From assembly GCA_030649735.1 (NCBI GenBank), contig JAUSFL010000038.1:1-34601 (forward strand): a stretch of 34,601 nt of DNA. Direction: 5' to 3'. A model generated the notes under the pieces. The model did not search any database. It saw only the letters and a list, made by a program, of their open reading frames with translations, and had not been told where the DNA came from. The stretch comes from Candidatus Iainarchaeum sp. (lineage in GTDB: Archaea > Iainarchaeota > Iainarchaeia > Iainarchaeales > UBA10191). Positions 1 through 8,779 of this stretch are shown one piece after another. Position numbers and translations under genes: made by a program. Position 1 is the stretch's first letter; every line of letters begins with the position of its first letter.

Positions 1-2
1 GC

Positions 3-131
3 GAAATAATGGCAAAAGAGCTCTTGCGCAAAATCAGGGAAAAAAGCAAGGCAATAAAATACAGCACACAGCCATCAGCAGCAAGACTTGGCGAACTCCT
101 GGGGCACATAAAAGAAATCGAAGGAGTGTGA
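3..131 (+). CDS. 3' end of a small hypothetical protein (runs off the window start); paralog of the next ORF
   Basis: Hand translation of frame 3: ...EIMAKELLRKIREKSKAIKYSTQPSAARLGELLGHIKEIEGV*, TGA at 129-131; clearly similar to 137..334. Confidence 0.6.
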   Translation, partial: EIMAKELLRKIREKSKAIKYSTQPSAARLGELLGHIKEIEGV

Positions 132-136
132 CAAAA

Positions 137-334
137 ATGAACAAATCAAGACTGACGCCCCAAATGATTCTCGGATACTCTGGAGAGAGCTCAAGCAGCT
201 GCAGCGAAGTGCAAGCAAAAGCCCTATTGAAAAAGATAAAAGAAAAAAGCAAAGCAATAATCCAAATGCCACAGCCATCAGCAGCAAGACTCAACAAACT
301 GCATGAAAGCCTTAAAAAAATAGACGGCTTTTGA
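137..334 (+). CDS. Small hypothetical protein (65 aa), tandem paralog of the upstream partial ORF
   Basis: ORF track 128..334; ATG at 137 follows GGAG; shares AKxLLxKIxEKSKAI...QPSAARL with the upstream ORF. Confidence 0.65.
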   Translation: MNKSRLTPQMILGYSGESSSSCSEVQAKALLKKIKEKSKAIIQMPQPSAARLNKLHESLKKIDGF

Positions 335-391
335 AAAAAGCACAACGCAAAGCACGCAAACACTTATAAAACTCCACGCAATAATCATACC

Positions 392-1555
392 ATGGCATTC
401 AGCGGCTTAAGCAAGAGGATTCGCGAGCTTCCGAAAAGCAATTTTCCCGCAATCATTAAAATGGCTGAAGAAGACAAGAGCATTATTTCCTTAGGCATTG
501 GAGAGCCTGATTTTCCAGCCCCAAAAAAAGTGAAAGCAGCCTTGAAAAATGCGGTTGACAAAAATTTCACTCACTATTCCCCAACTGGCGGCAGGCATGA
601 ATTGCAGGAAGCAATTGCGAAAAAGCTCAAGAAAGAAAACAAAATCCGCGTTGAAGACATTCACTCTCAAATCATTGCAACTTCAGGAAGCAGCGAAGCA
701 ATAATGATGGCCATTATGGGAATCGTGGATGTTGGCGAAGAGCTCTTGGTCCCAAACCCCGGGTTCTTGACTTACAGGCCGACAGTCGAATTAATTGACG
801 CTGTTCCAGTCTCTTACAATTTGCACAGCGAGGACGGCTTTCAAATTCACGTTGAAGAAATCAAAAAATTGTGCACTCCAAAAACCCAAGGAATAATAGT
901 GAATACTCCAAGCAATCCGACAGGAACTGTGCTGAAAAAGAAGGTTTTGGAAGAGCTTGCAGACTTGGCAATTCAGAAAAACATTATTATAATCAGCGAT
1001 GAGGCTTACGAGCACTTGGTTTACGACAATGCAAAGCACTTGAGCATGGGAAGCTTGAATGGAATGGAAGAGCACGTGCTCTCTTTGTTCAGCTTCAGCA
1101 AAAGCTATGCAATGCCCGGCTTTCGCCTGGGGTATGCGGTAGGGCCTGAAAGGCTTGTGAAAGCAATGCAGCAATTTCACCTTTACACTACGCTGTCTCC
1201 AAACACAATGAGCCAGATTGCAGGCATTACTGCATTGTCCAAATGCGGCAAAGACATTGAAAAAATGCGGAATGAGTACAACAAGCGCCGCAAAATACTG
1301 ATTAAAGGAATTCAAGAAATTGACGGGTTGGAAATTGAAGTCGCGCCTGAAGGAGCATTTTACTTGTTTCCAAAGATCACTAATGGAATGTCAAGCGAAC
1401 AGGCTTCAAAAGCATTAATCCAGAAAGCAAAAGTCTTGACTGCTCCAGGAAACGAGTTCGGAACTCAAGGCGAAGGATTCTTGAGAATGAGCTATGCGAC
1501 AGCATTGCCAAAAATCAAGGAAGCAATTGAAAGAATGAAAAAAAACTTTCACTAA
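392..1555 (+). CDS. aspC: PLP-dependent class I/II aminotransferase (aspartate aminotransferase family)
   Basis: ISLGIGEPDF, NTPSNPTG, SDEAYE, SFSKSYAMPGFRLG (PLP lysine), FLRMSYA. Confidence 0.93.
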   Translation: MAFSGLSKRIRELPKSNFPAIIKMAEEDKSIISLGIGEPDFPAPKKVKAALKNAVDKNFTHYSPTGGRHELQEAIAKKLKKENKIRVEDIHSQIIATSGSSEAIMMAIMGIVDVGEELLVPNPGFLTYRPTVELIDAVPVSYNLHSEDGFQIHVEEIKKLCTPKTQGIIVNTPSNPTGTVLKKKVLEELADLAIQKNIIIISDEAYEHLVYDNAKHLSMGSLNGMEEHVLSLFSFSKSYAMPGFRLGYAVGPERLVKAMQQFHLYTTLSPNTMSQIAGITALSKCGKDIEKMRNEYNKRRKILIKGIQEIDGLEIEVAPEGAFYLFPKITNGMSSEQASKALIQKAKVLTAPGNEFGTQGEGFLRMSYATALPKIKEAIERMKKNFH

Positions 1556-1770
1556 TCCCCGAGAACCAAAACACCCCTTCGGCAATTGCCTTAAAAAACA
1601 AGGTTTTTTAAATTCCGGAAGCACCAATATTATTGTAAGCCAAAAAAAGTCTAGCCACCAAAACTAATTAACTAAAGAAAAAATGGCTTATTGCTGCCTT
1701 GCTTTACATTGTAAAAAAACCAGACATACCTAGACCTTAATGCCTGGATTTAATTTTTGAGGGATTCAAA

Positions 1771-2790
1771 ATGACAGAATCAATCATTGTTGAAAAATTG
1801 AACAAAAGCTTTCCAATAAAATCGACAAATGGAAAAGGCCTTTTCGGCATTTTCGCAAAAAACAAGCAACGCTTTCAAGCCTTAAAGGAAGTCTCTTTCA
1901 GTGTAAAGCACGGGGAAATTCTAGGCTACATTGGGCCTAACGGGGCAGGCAAAAGCACTACAATCAAAACATTGACTGGAATTTTGACTCCAGATTCTGG
2001 AAAAGTGAGTGTTGAAGGCTTTACTCCATGGCTTGACAGGATGGAATTCACAAAGCACATTGGAGTAGTGTTTGGACAGCGCAGCCTTTTATGGTGGGAT
2101 CTTCCGCCAAAAGACATTTTTCCACTGTACAAGGAAATTTATGAAATTCCAAAAGAACAGTTTGAAAACCGCGTGAATTATTTGGTTGAAAAGTTTGAAG
2201 CGCAAGACTTCGTGAACACTCCCACAAGAAAGCTTTCTTTAGGCCAGAGAATGCGCTGTGAAATCATTGCCGCATTAATCCACAAGCCAAAAGTATTGTT
2301 TTTGGACGAGCCGACAATTGGCCTTGATGCGATTGCAAAGGAAAAAATGCGCTCTTTCATTCAAGAAATCAACCAAAAGGAAAAAACCACCGTGGTTTTG
2401 ACAACGCACGACATGAACGACATTGAAGCCTTGGCTGACAAAATAATAGTCCTAGATCAAGGAAGCATTATTTTTGAAGGCAAACCGGAAACTTTCAAGA
2501 AAATGCACGTGAAAGAAGCAGTCATGAGCTTTGAAGTCTTGGAAGTCAAGGAAAGCAATGAATTCATAAGCCTGCTTGCAGAAACAAAGCAAGTCGTGCA
2601 GGAAGGAAACTATTACGAGGTCTCATTCAACCTTGACAAAATGACAGCACAGCAGGCAGCTTCAAGGCTTTTTGCATGCTGCAATACCTCAAGCTTTCAA
2701 ATCACAGAACCGACTTTAGAAGAAATAATAAAGGAATTTTATGAACGCAGTCAAAAACTACAGAATCCTTCGCGAAAGCCTAAAGCTTGA
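1771..2790 (+). CDS. ABC exporter ATP-binding subunit (DrrA-like)
   Basis: Walker A GPNGAGKST, signature LSLGQ, Walker B LFLDEPTIGLD, TTHD. Confidence 0.95.
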   Translation: MTESIIVEKLNKSFPIKSTNGKGLFGIFAKNKQRFQALKEVSFSVKHGEILGYIGPNGAGKSTTIKTLTGILTPDSGKVSVEGFTPWLDRMEFTKHIGVVFGQRSLLWWDLPPKDIFPLYKEIYEIPKEQFENRVNYLVEKFEAQDFVNTPTRKLSLGQRMRCEIIAALIHKPKVLFLDEPTIGLDAIAKEKMRSFIQEINQKEKTTVVLTTHDMNDIEALADKIIVLDQGSIIFEGKPETFKKMHVKEAVMSFEVLEVKESNEFISLLAETKQVVQEGNYYEVSFNLDKMTAQQAASRLFACCNTSSFQITEPTLEEIIKEFYERSQKLQNPSRKPKA

Positions 2791-3538
2791 AGCCAAAAGG
2801 CTTTGGGAATACAAGCTAAACCTTGCATTCGACCTATTGCTCAGAATAGTGGACGCTGCATTATTCTTCGGATTCTGGGCAATAATTCTCGGGGCAAGCA
2901 CTAGCTTTGCAGGCTGGACATTGCAAGGGTTTTTGCTGATTTTTGCCTTTGAATCATACTTCATCAGCCTTGTTTTAGGATTCGCGTACGCTGGAATTTT
3001 CGTGCACAAAAGCATTCACAGCGCAGAACTGGATTCTTTCCTTACAAAGCCTGCAAGCCCTTGGCTTTTGGCAATGTCAAAAAACATCAGCATCAGCTAT
3101 TCAGGATACATTATTGGAACAATCGCGCTAATCATTGCGGCAATGCAAGGAGTCAATTTCGAAATTGAAAAGCTTGCAATAATCGCGGCAATGATTATTG
3201 CTGGCGGAGTAATAACCTGCCTTTTCGGGCTTTGCCTCGCATGCTCGGCATTCTGGCTTGGAAGAATGGAAAGCCTTGAAACAATCTTTGAAAGCCTTTG
3301 GAACTTTCAAGGCAGGCCGACAAACATTTTCCCGCCAGCATTGCAATTGCTTGTCGCATTCACTTTTCCATTCATTTTCACGCAGACAATTCCGGCGCTT
3401 GCAATTCTCGGAAAAATCGGCACAGCACAATTGCTGGTGTCTTTCATAGTGGAAATTGCAGTTGTGATAATGCTGTACTTCATTTTCAAAACATTATGGA
3501 AAAACGGGTTGAGGAATTATGAAAGCGGCAGCGGCTAA
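2741..3538 (+). CDS. ABC-2 family exporter permease
   Basis: About 6 TM segments, ELDSFLTKP motif, W(K/R)xGLRxYESG C-terminus; overlaps the ATPase gene. Confidence 0.88.
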   Translation: MNAVKNYRILRESLKLEAKRLWEYKLNLAFDLLLRIVDAALFFGFWAIILGASTSFAGWTLQGFLLIFAFESYFISLVLGFAYAGIFVHKSIHSAELDSFLTKPASPWLLAMSKNISISYSGYIIGTIALIIAAMQGVNFEIEKLAIIAAMIIAGGVITCLFGLCLACSAFWLGRMESLETIFESLWNFQGRPTNIFPPALQLLVAFTFPFIFTQTIPALAILGKIGTAQLLVSFIVEIAVVIMLYFIFKTLWKNGLRNYESGSG

Positions 3539-4313
3539 GTTCTGGACAGTAGCAAAAACCAGCTTTAAAAACCTGGTTGCTGAAAGATTTGACATTCTCA
3601 TTCACTTGGCATACTTGCCACTATTGGCAATAATCCTGTACTACATTTGGGGCATTATTTTCACTGCCCAAGGAAACAATTTCGGGTTTTCATTCAATGA
3701 AATCATAGCGTACGTGCTTGTCGCAGTGCTTTTGAGAAGAATCATTCAAAACGCCCACGTTGTAGAAATGGTTGAAGAAGACATTACAGAAGGCAGGATA
3801 ATCACTTACCTTTGCAGGCCGTTAAATTACTTCAATTTCATCCTGGCCAGGAGAAGCGCGCAAACAATGCTTTTTGCGGCAATAATAATTCCCTTAATTC
3901 TTGCAGCCACGTTTTTTTTAAATGCCCATTCCCAAATAGTGGAATTTTTTCTCGCTATCCTGCTTACTGGAATTGCCGCCTTGTTTACTACTGTGGAATT
4001 TTATTGCCTGGGATTATTGGCATTCTGGATTGAGAGAGTTTGGGGAATAAAGCATGCAGTGGACTGGGCGCAAGAATTTCTTTCAGGAACCTTGTTTCCA
4101 ATAACATTGTTTCCGCTGATTGTACAGGATGCATTAGTATTCCTTCCATTCAAGTACTTGGTTTACACTCCGACAATGCTTTTCATTGGAAAAGCAGGCG
4201 CAATTGACGCTTTAGCCGGAATTGCAGTGCTTGGAATTTGGACTATTGCGCTAGTTTTGCTCGCAAGGCTTTTATGGAAGGCCGGCCTGAAAAAACATGA
4301 CGGGAAAGGATGA
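3519..4313 (+). CDS. ABC-2 family exporter permease (second subunit)
   Basis: EDITEGRIITYLCRP, FLSGTLFPITLFP, LPFKYLVYTP motifs; hydrophobic. Confidence 0.88.
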   Translation: MKAAAAKFWTVAKTSFKNLVAERFDILIHLAYLPLLAIILYYIWGIIFTAQGNNFGFSFNEIIAYVLVAVLLRRIIQNAHVVEMVEEDITEGRIITYLCRPLNYFNFILARRSAQTMLFAAIIIPLILAATFFLNAHSQIVEFFLAILLTGIAALFTTVEFYCLGLLAFWIERVWGIKHAVDWAQEFLSGTLFPITLFPLIVQDALVFLPFKYLVYTPTMLFIGKAGAIDALAGIAVLGIWTIALVLLARLLWKAGLKKHDGKG

Positions 4314-4323
4314 AGGTGGTTTG

Positions 4324-4644
4324 ATGCAAATTCGAGAAGCCCAAGAAACAGTGAAAAAGCACTTGAAAGAAATAGGCTATGACAAGATTGAAACAACCCC
4401 AAGCCAGGCATTCCTGCACTTGATTGAAGAAACCGGCGAAGTTGCAAGAATTCTACTGCATCAGGAAACCAACAGGTCAAGCCTTCCTTCAACTTCAAAG
4501 CATTCAGAATTGAATGACGAAATCGCAGACGTTTTTTGGCAGACTTTAAAGCTTGCGAGCTACCTGGACATTGACCTTGAGGAAAGCTTCATCAAAAAGT
4601 ACGAAAAAAACAAGCTGAAGAAAGAAATAATCAGTGAAAAATAA
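4324..4644 (+). CDS. MazG-like all-alpha NTP pyrophosphohydrolase
   Basis: LIEETGEVA...DEIADVF...LDIDLEE acidic motifs; ATG at 4324 after AGGTGG (ORF track start 4297). Confidence 0.88.
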   Translation: MQIREAQETVKKHLKEIGYDKIETTPSQAFLHLIEETGEVARILLHQETNRSSLPSTSKHSELNDEIADVFWQTLKLASYLDIDLEESFIKKYEKNKLKKEIISEK

Positions 4645-5354
4645 TGAGTGAAGAGAAAGAAATCAAAATTAGATTACGCGATAACATTCCATTAAACGCG
4701 GTTTTTGAAAGAATTGAAAAGCTCGGCTTCAAAAAAGCTGAAGAAAAAATTCAGGTTGACAGTTATTTTGATTATGAGAATTTTTACCTCTCAGAAAACG
4801 CGCAGGCATTAAGAATCAGAACAGAAAATGGTGCTGAAAAATGCTTTGAATTCAAGGCATTGTTTTATTTGGAATGTAAAAAATACCCTTGGTTTGTTGA
4901 AGAAATCTGCATTGACTTTCTAATAAAAGACCAGCAAAAATTAAAGGAAGTTTTCGGGCTCTTGGGGATTGAAAGCACGAGTTCAAACCAGCCGGAAACT
5001 CCAAAAGAGCTTGTTGAACTCCTTGCTGAAAGCAAGATTATGAAAATGTTTGACATTAAAAAGCATAGGACCAGCTTTCAAAAGGAAGGAACTACAATTG
5101 AAGTTGACCAAGTTGACGGCTTGGGAAACTTTCTGGAAATAGAGTCTGACTTGGAACCTCACGAGCTATTGCACGAGTTTGGCTTTGGGGAATTAGGAAG
5201 CGAAGTAAGGTTTGGCTATGTGAGCGCTTTCAGGGAAAAGTTTTACGGAATAGACTATTCAAGCCAAAAGGAAAAGTTTGAGAAACAGCCAGACTGGAAT
5301 GTGCTTGAAAGCGAAAGAGAATTTTACAAAAAGCTTTGCGAAAAAAACAAGTAA
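4644..5354 (+). CDS. CYTH-domain protein (class IV adenylyl cyclase / triphosphate tunnel metalloenzyme)
   Basis: EKEIKIR (ExExK), QVDSYFD, ALRIR, KKHR, DQVDGLGNFLEIE. Confidence 0.88.
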   Translation: MSEEKEIKIRLRDNIPLNAVFERIEKLGFKKAEEKIQVDSYFDYENFYLSENAQALRIRTENGAEKCFEFKALFYLECKKYPWFVEEICIDFLIKDQQKLKEVFGLLGIESTSSNQPETPKELVELLAESKIMKMFDIKKHRTSFQKEGTTIEVDQVDGLGNFLEIESDLEPHELLHEFGFGELGSEVRFGYVSAFREKFYGIDYSSQKEKFEKQPDWNVLESEREFYKKLCEKNK

Positions 5355-5356
5355 TG

Positions 5357-6058
5357 TCAAAGCTGAGTTGGCTTTGGGATTTCATTTTCACCAAAATATT
5401 GAATGCAGCTTTCCAGCAATGCATTAAAGGAAGGATTTGATTGCCACTGTTCAGTTATGAATTTTCTTAAATTCTTGTGGACTGGATAGCCATAATCATA
5501 GTCGAGAACCAAGTCATTGAATTCCAAATTCAACAGCACAGTTAAGGCTTCTTTCAAATGTCCAGTGTTTTCTTGTCCAATTTTTTCGGCAATTTCGCGC
5601 CAATAATAATTGTGGAATTGAAAATGCATTATTTCATGGGCTGCTGTTTTGGTTGCATTAGCTGTAGACCCAAAAAACTTGAACATGAACCACGTGTCAT
5701 TTGGAGCCATATTATAAGGGCAGGATTGCATTGTCGTAATATAGCCAGTAATCTTTGGGAATGCATTGGGCTTTTCCATTACTTTCTCAAGCCTTTTGAA
5801 AAACTCCAATTCTATTGACTGCCAAGCCTGATTCACTGCAGAAACTTGAATTGCAAGCATTGGGGAATTGTAAACTCTTTTGTTAAATTCTTCAATCAAA
5901 GGACTTGCCTGCTCCAAGGACTTGCCTTCGGCAATTTCAAAAATTTTAGGGCTGAAAGTCTTTTTGACATCCTGCCAGCCGCAATCATTCCAGTTTGCAA
6001 TTCTGTGAAAATTCCAAATGTCTTTTTCCTTGTCAAAAGCAAAAGAAACAATGCCCAT
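5357..6058 (-). CDS. Hypothetical protein with a gluzincin-like HEXXH...E motif (possible metallopeptidase)
   Basis: AAHEIMHFQFH followed about 20 aa later by LKEALT. Confidence 0.55.
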   Translation of the reverse strand: MGIVSFAFDKEKDIWNFHRIANWNDCGWQDVKKTFSPKIFEIAEGKSLEQASPLIEEFNKRVYNSPMLAIQVSAVNQAWQSIELEFFKRLEKVMEKPNAFPKITGYITTMQSCPYNMAPNDTWFMFKFFGSTANATKTAAHEIMHFQFHNYYWREIAEKIGQENTGHLKEALTVLLNLEFNDLVLDYDYGYPVHKNLRKFITEQWQSNPSFNALLESCIQYFGENEIPKPTQL

Positions 6059-6099
6059 AGTAAATTAATTGAAAAAATAAGCATAAAAAGGCATTTTAG

Positions 6100-6110
6100 T
6101 TAGGCACTAC
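6100..6110 (+). repeat. Boundary motif TTAGGCACTAC, copy 1
   Basis: ag-TTAGGCACTAC-t; intergenic between 5357..6058 and 6123..6755. Confidence 0.95.
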
Positions 6111-6122
6111 TTTTTTAAAAAC

Positions 6123-6755
6123 TCAGAACTCCAGGCTGTTTCCTAATCTAGTGCCCCATTTTTTCGTGGCTTTGCTCGAATACATTCCTAAAGCATAGTA
6201 TGCTGCGCTGAAAGCAAGCAAGGCAATCAAGTAAATTATTGAGAATCCTTGAAAGAACACAAAGTATGCCAAAACCAGCTTTAGGGTCAAGCGGTAGTAA
6301 AAAAAGTAGTAAATTATTGGGTGGACTGCGTCTTCAATTCCCAATTTGTCAAAAAAGTCGTTTCCTAACTCGTCAAGGAATGCCGCAATAACCAAGACAA
6401 CCAATGGAATTAGCAGGAATTCTGGAATTCCAAAAAAGAACAATACTGCGACAATGCTTACTCCAACAACCCAAAAAGCCAAATTGTCAAGCTTTCCGGA
6501 AATCAAGACTCCAATCATTATTGCAGCCAAAATAGTTGCAGAAATCGGGGTAGCCATCATTGCCAAAGCCCACAAAATGCCAGCAATAGGCGCTAAAACA
6601 ACAGCAACCTTCTTGTTGAACACTCCCTCATCAAAAGCATCATCAATAAACTTGATTAAAAAGCCCAGCAAGGCAAACAAGGCAATAAAGCCGACATAAG
6701 CCATGAACGGACTGCTGGCCTTCAAGCCTTCAAAAAAAACCGTGGGAGTAAACAT
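6123..6755 (-). CDS. Integral membrane protein of unknown function (about 6-7 TM)
   Basis: Strongly hydrophobic 210 aa with two acidic loops (KFIDDAFDE, FLDELGND); GGTGAATT upstream; only gene between repeat copies 1 and 2. Confidence 0.8.
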   Translation of the reverse strand: MFTPTVFFEGLKASSPFMAYVGFIALFALLGFLIKFIDDAFDEGVFNKKVAVVLAPIAGILWALAMMATPISATILAAIMIGVLISGKLDNLAFWVVGVSIVAVLFFFGIPEFLLIPLVVLVIAAFLDELGNDFFDKLGIEDAVHPIIYYFFYYRLTLKLVLAYFVFFQGFSIIYLIALLAFSAAYYALGMYSSKATKKWGTRLGNSLEF

Positions 6756-6838
6756 TCAATAATTCACCAAAAACTCTAGTATTGAATAGCGTTAAAAATT
6801 TAAAAGAACAACGCTGGCTTCGACATAAGGTAAAGGAG

Positions 6839-6849
6839 TTAGGCACTAC
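6839..6849 (+). repeat. Boundary motif TTAGGCACTAC, copy 2
   Basis: gag-TTAGGCACTAC-a; intergenic. Confidence 0.95.
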
Positions 6850-6877
6850 AAAGTTAGAAAAAGAAATAAGTTAGAAA

Positions 6878-7015
6878 CTAATCATCTGCGCCGCAGCCGC
6901 TTCCAGAACAACTAGTGCTGCAGCCGCCAGCACCGCCGCAATCACTGCCAACAAGATCTAATTTTGCTTGTTTTCTATTCCAATAATCATACTTCTTCAA
7001 AACAGTCGAACTCAT
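6878..7015 (-). CDS. Putative RiPP precursor peptide, 45 aa: MSSTVLKKYDYWNRKQAKLDLVGSDCGGAGGCSTSCSGSGCGADD
   Basis: Hand-translated (not in the ORF track). ATG 7015 with GGTG 6 nt upstream, TAG 6878-6880; charged leader plus Cys/Gly/Ser core; directly downstream of rSAM/SPASM-GT-GNAT. Confidence 0.85.
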   Translation of the reverse strand: MSSTVLKKYDYWNRKQAKLDLVGSDCGGAGGCSTSCSGSGCGADD

Positions 7016-7062
7016 TTTAAGCACCAATACAATTGCGTCATTTGTTGCTTTTAAGATTTACT

Positions 7063-7080
7063 TATTTAAAAAGCTTTTCA
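7063..7080 (-). promoter_or_regulatory. Putative archaeal BRE/TATA promoter for the precursor peptide
   Basis: Minus strand reads TGAAAAGCTT-TTTAAATA about 48 nt upstream of the precursor ATG. Confidence 0.5.
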
Positions 7081-7107
7081 AAGTTGCCTGAAAGAATGCT
7101 TTCTCTC

Positions 7108-7577
7108 TCAATCTTTCAAGTAATAGGCAATTAGTTTTTCATTAATAAATGTTCCTTTTCGGGAAAAAGATTTTTGCCTTTCGCCTTCAACCTCAAAACC
7201 AAGGCTCAAATAGAATTTTAGGGCTTTTTCATTATCTTCAACAACCGAGCTTTCAATTTTAATTTTATTCTTATATTTTGAAATTGGCAAAGACAATAAT
7301 GACTTTGCTATGCCTCGCCTCCAATAATCTGGGTGGGTTGCCAAAACAACCAATTCTAAAATGTGAAACTTTTTGCCAGAATAATCTGCAAAGACCAAAA
7401 AACCAACTACTTTTCCTTCTTCTTCAAAAACCAGGCAATTATTCCTCCAGTCAATCCATTTTTTTGCTTTGGCAGAATCTGGAATATAATAGCCAGTAAC
7501 AAGGAATTTGTTGACTTTGTGGTGTAATGCAATGTCAAAAACTTCTATAAAATCAGAATTTTTGCTGGGCGAATCAT
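7108..7577 (-). pseudogene. GNAT family N-acetyltransferase with a 1-nt frameshift near its 5' end (real, or an assembly error)
   Basis: ATG 7577 gives MIRPAK then stops. Adding one A to the A5 run (T5 at 7559-7563) joins it to an open frame NSDFIEVFDIA...GKVVGF...ATHPDYWRRGIAKSLL...NEKALKFYLSLGF, a complete GNAT of about 156 aa. Confidence 0.8.
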
Positions 7578-7606
7578 AATTACACAGAATCCAATTGTTT
7601 TCATTG

Positions 7607-8779
7607 TCAAATTAAAGATTTATAAACTCCAATTGTCTCATCAATGTATTTTTTGAAATTATTGTTCTTTTCAACCCATTCTCTACCATTTTTTCCAATT
7701 TTCTTCAAGACAATCCTGTTTGAAACAATGAAAGAAAGCTTTTCAATATACTCTTTCCTGTTTCCTGGATTCACTTTTATTATGCCGTCATCAAACTCTT
7801 CCAAAGAATGATACAAGTTTATCTCATTACTTACTAGAACGGGCTTTCCTACAGAAAGAACCTCCCGAGGCATTATTGGCCCATGAATTTCCACTCCAAA
7901 ATTATGCTCTACAGAAAGCAGACAGTCAGAAGCCTTGATTATCGAAGGCACAATCCAAGGCGGAACAAAATCATGAAAGAAAACCCTTGAAGACAATCCT
8001 TTATTTGCCGCGAATTTTTGAAAATCTGCCTTGTTTTTACCGGCGCCAAAAAATAATATTGAAAAATCACCCTTAACTTTTGAAGCAGAATCAATTAACT
8101 CATAAATTCCTTTAGATTTGTGAATTTTGCCAAAATGAGTTAAAATTGCACCGCCCGGCTTTTTTCCAAAAAACTTTGAGAGCCTTACTTTTACAACATT
8201 TGGAGAAAAAGCTTTTGAATTCAAGGCACTGCTTAATTCCACAATATTTTTTTTCTTGACGCCTAATTGAGTAAACATTGGGCTTCCGCCCTTGAAAGTA
8301 ATGATTCTATCGGCTGAATTAATGACTCGCTTCAAGGCTGGGTAATAATGTTCCGAATTCAAAATGCGCGTCATGTCGCTTCCAGCATGAGTTATAACAA
8401 GCGGCTTTTTGAATTCTTTAGCCAAATAATGAGCGGCAAAACAATAAGGCATCAAATAAGAGCCTTCAATCAAGTCAATATCATTGTTTTCAATAACTTC
8501 AATTCCTTTAGAAATCAGCTTTTCAGTCATTGGATTGAATGAAGGAAAAAAAGAAGGCATTTCAAACGGAGACGTGTTGAAAACTTTGACGTTTTTTGGC
8601 TGATACTGCTCCAAGTCTTTCCCAGTCAAGGCTATTCTGCAATTTTCTTCAACTTCAAAAGCATTAGTTACTAAAAATATTTTGTTTTTTCTTTCGCCAA
8701 TTGCTTTTGACCGCCAGTATGCCTTAGAGCTTTCGCCGCCTTCAATTGGCGGGTATTTTGAGAATTTTAGAATATTCAT
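7607..8779 (-). CDS. Glycosyltransferase, GT-B fold (GT4 family)
   Basis: KYPPIEGG N-terminus, THAGSD, FGKIHKSKG, PREVLSVGKPVLVS; overlaps the rSAM stop codon. Confidence 0.88.
   Translation of the reverse strand: MNILKFSKYPPIEGGESSKAYWRSKAIGERKNKIFLVTNAFEVEENCRIALTGKDLEQYQPKNVKVFNTSPFEMPSFFPSFNPMTEKLISKGIEVIENNDIDLIEGSYLMPYCFAAHYLAKEFKKPLVITHAGSDMTRILNSEHYYPALKRVINSADRIITFKGGSPMFTQLGVKKKNIVELSSALNSKAFSPNVVKVRLSKFFGKKPGGAILTHFGKIHKSKGIYELIDSASKVKGDFSILFFGAGKNKADFQKFAANKGLSSRVFFHDFVPPWIVPSIIKASDCLLSVEHNFGVEIHGPIMPREVLSVGKPVLVSNEINLYHSLEEFDDGIIKVNPGNRKEYIEKLSFIVSNRIVLKKIGKNGREWVEKNNNFKKYIDETIGVYKSLI

Noticed and set aside
1683-1733. 16-codon Cys-containing ORF MAYCCLALHCKKTRHT upstream of the ABC operon (possible leader peptide)
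   Set aside because: Very short, with no ribosome-binding site or attenuator structure; consistent with chance.
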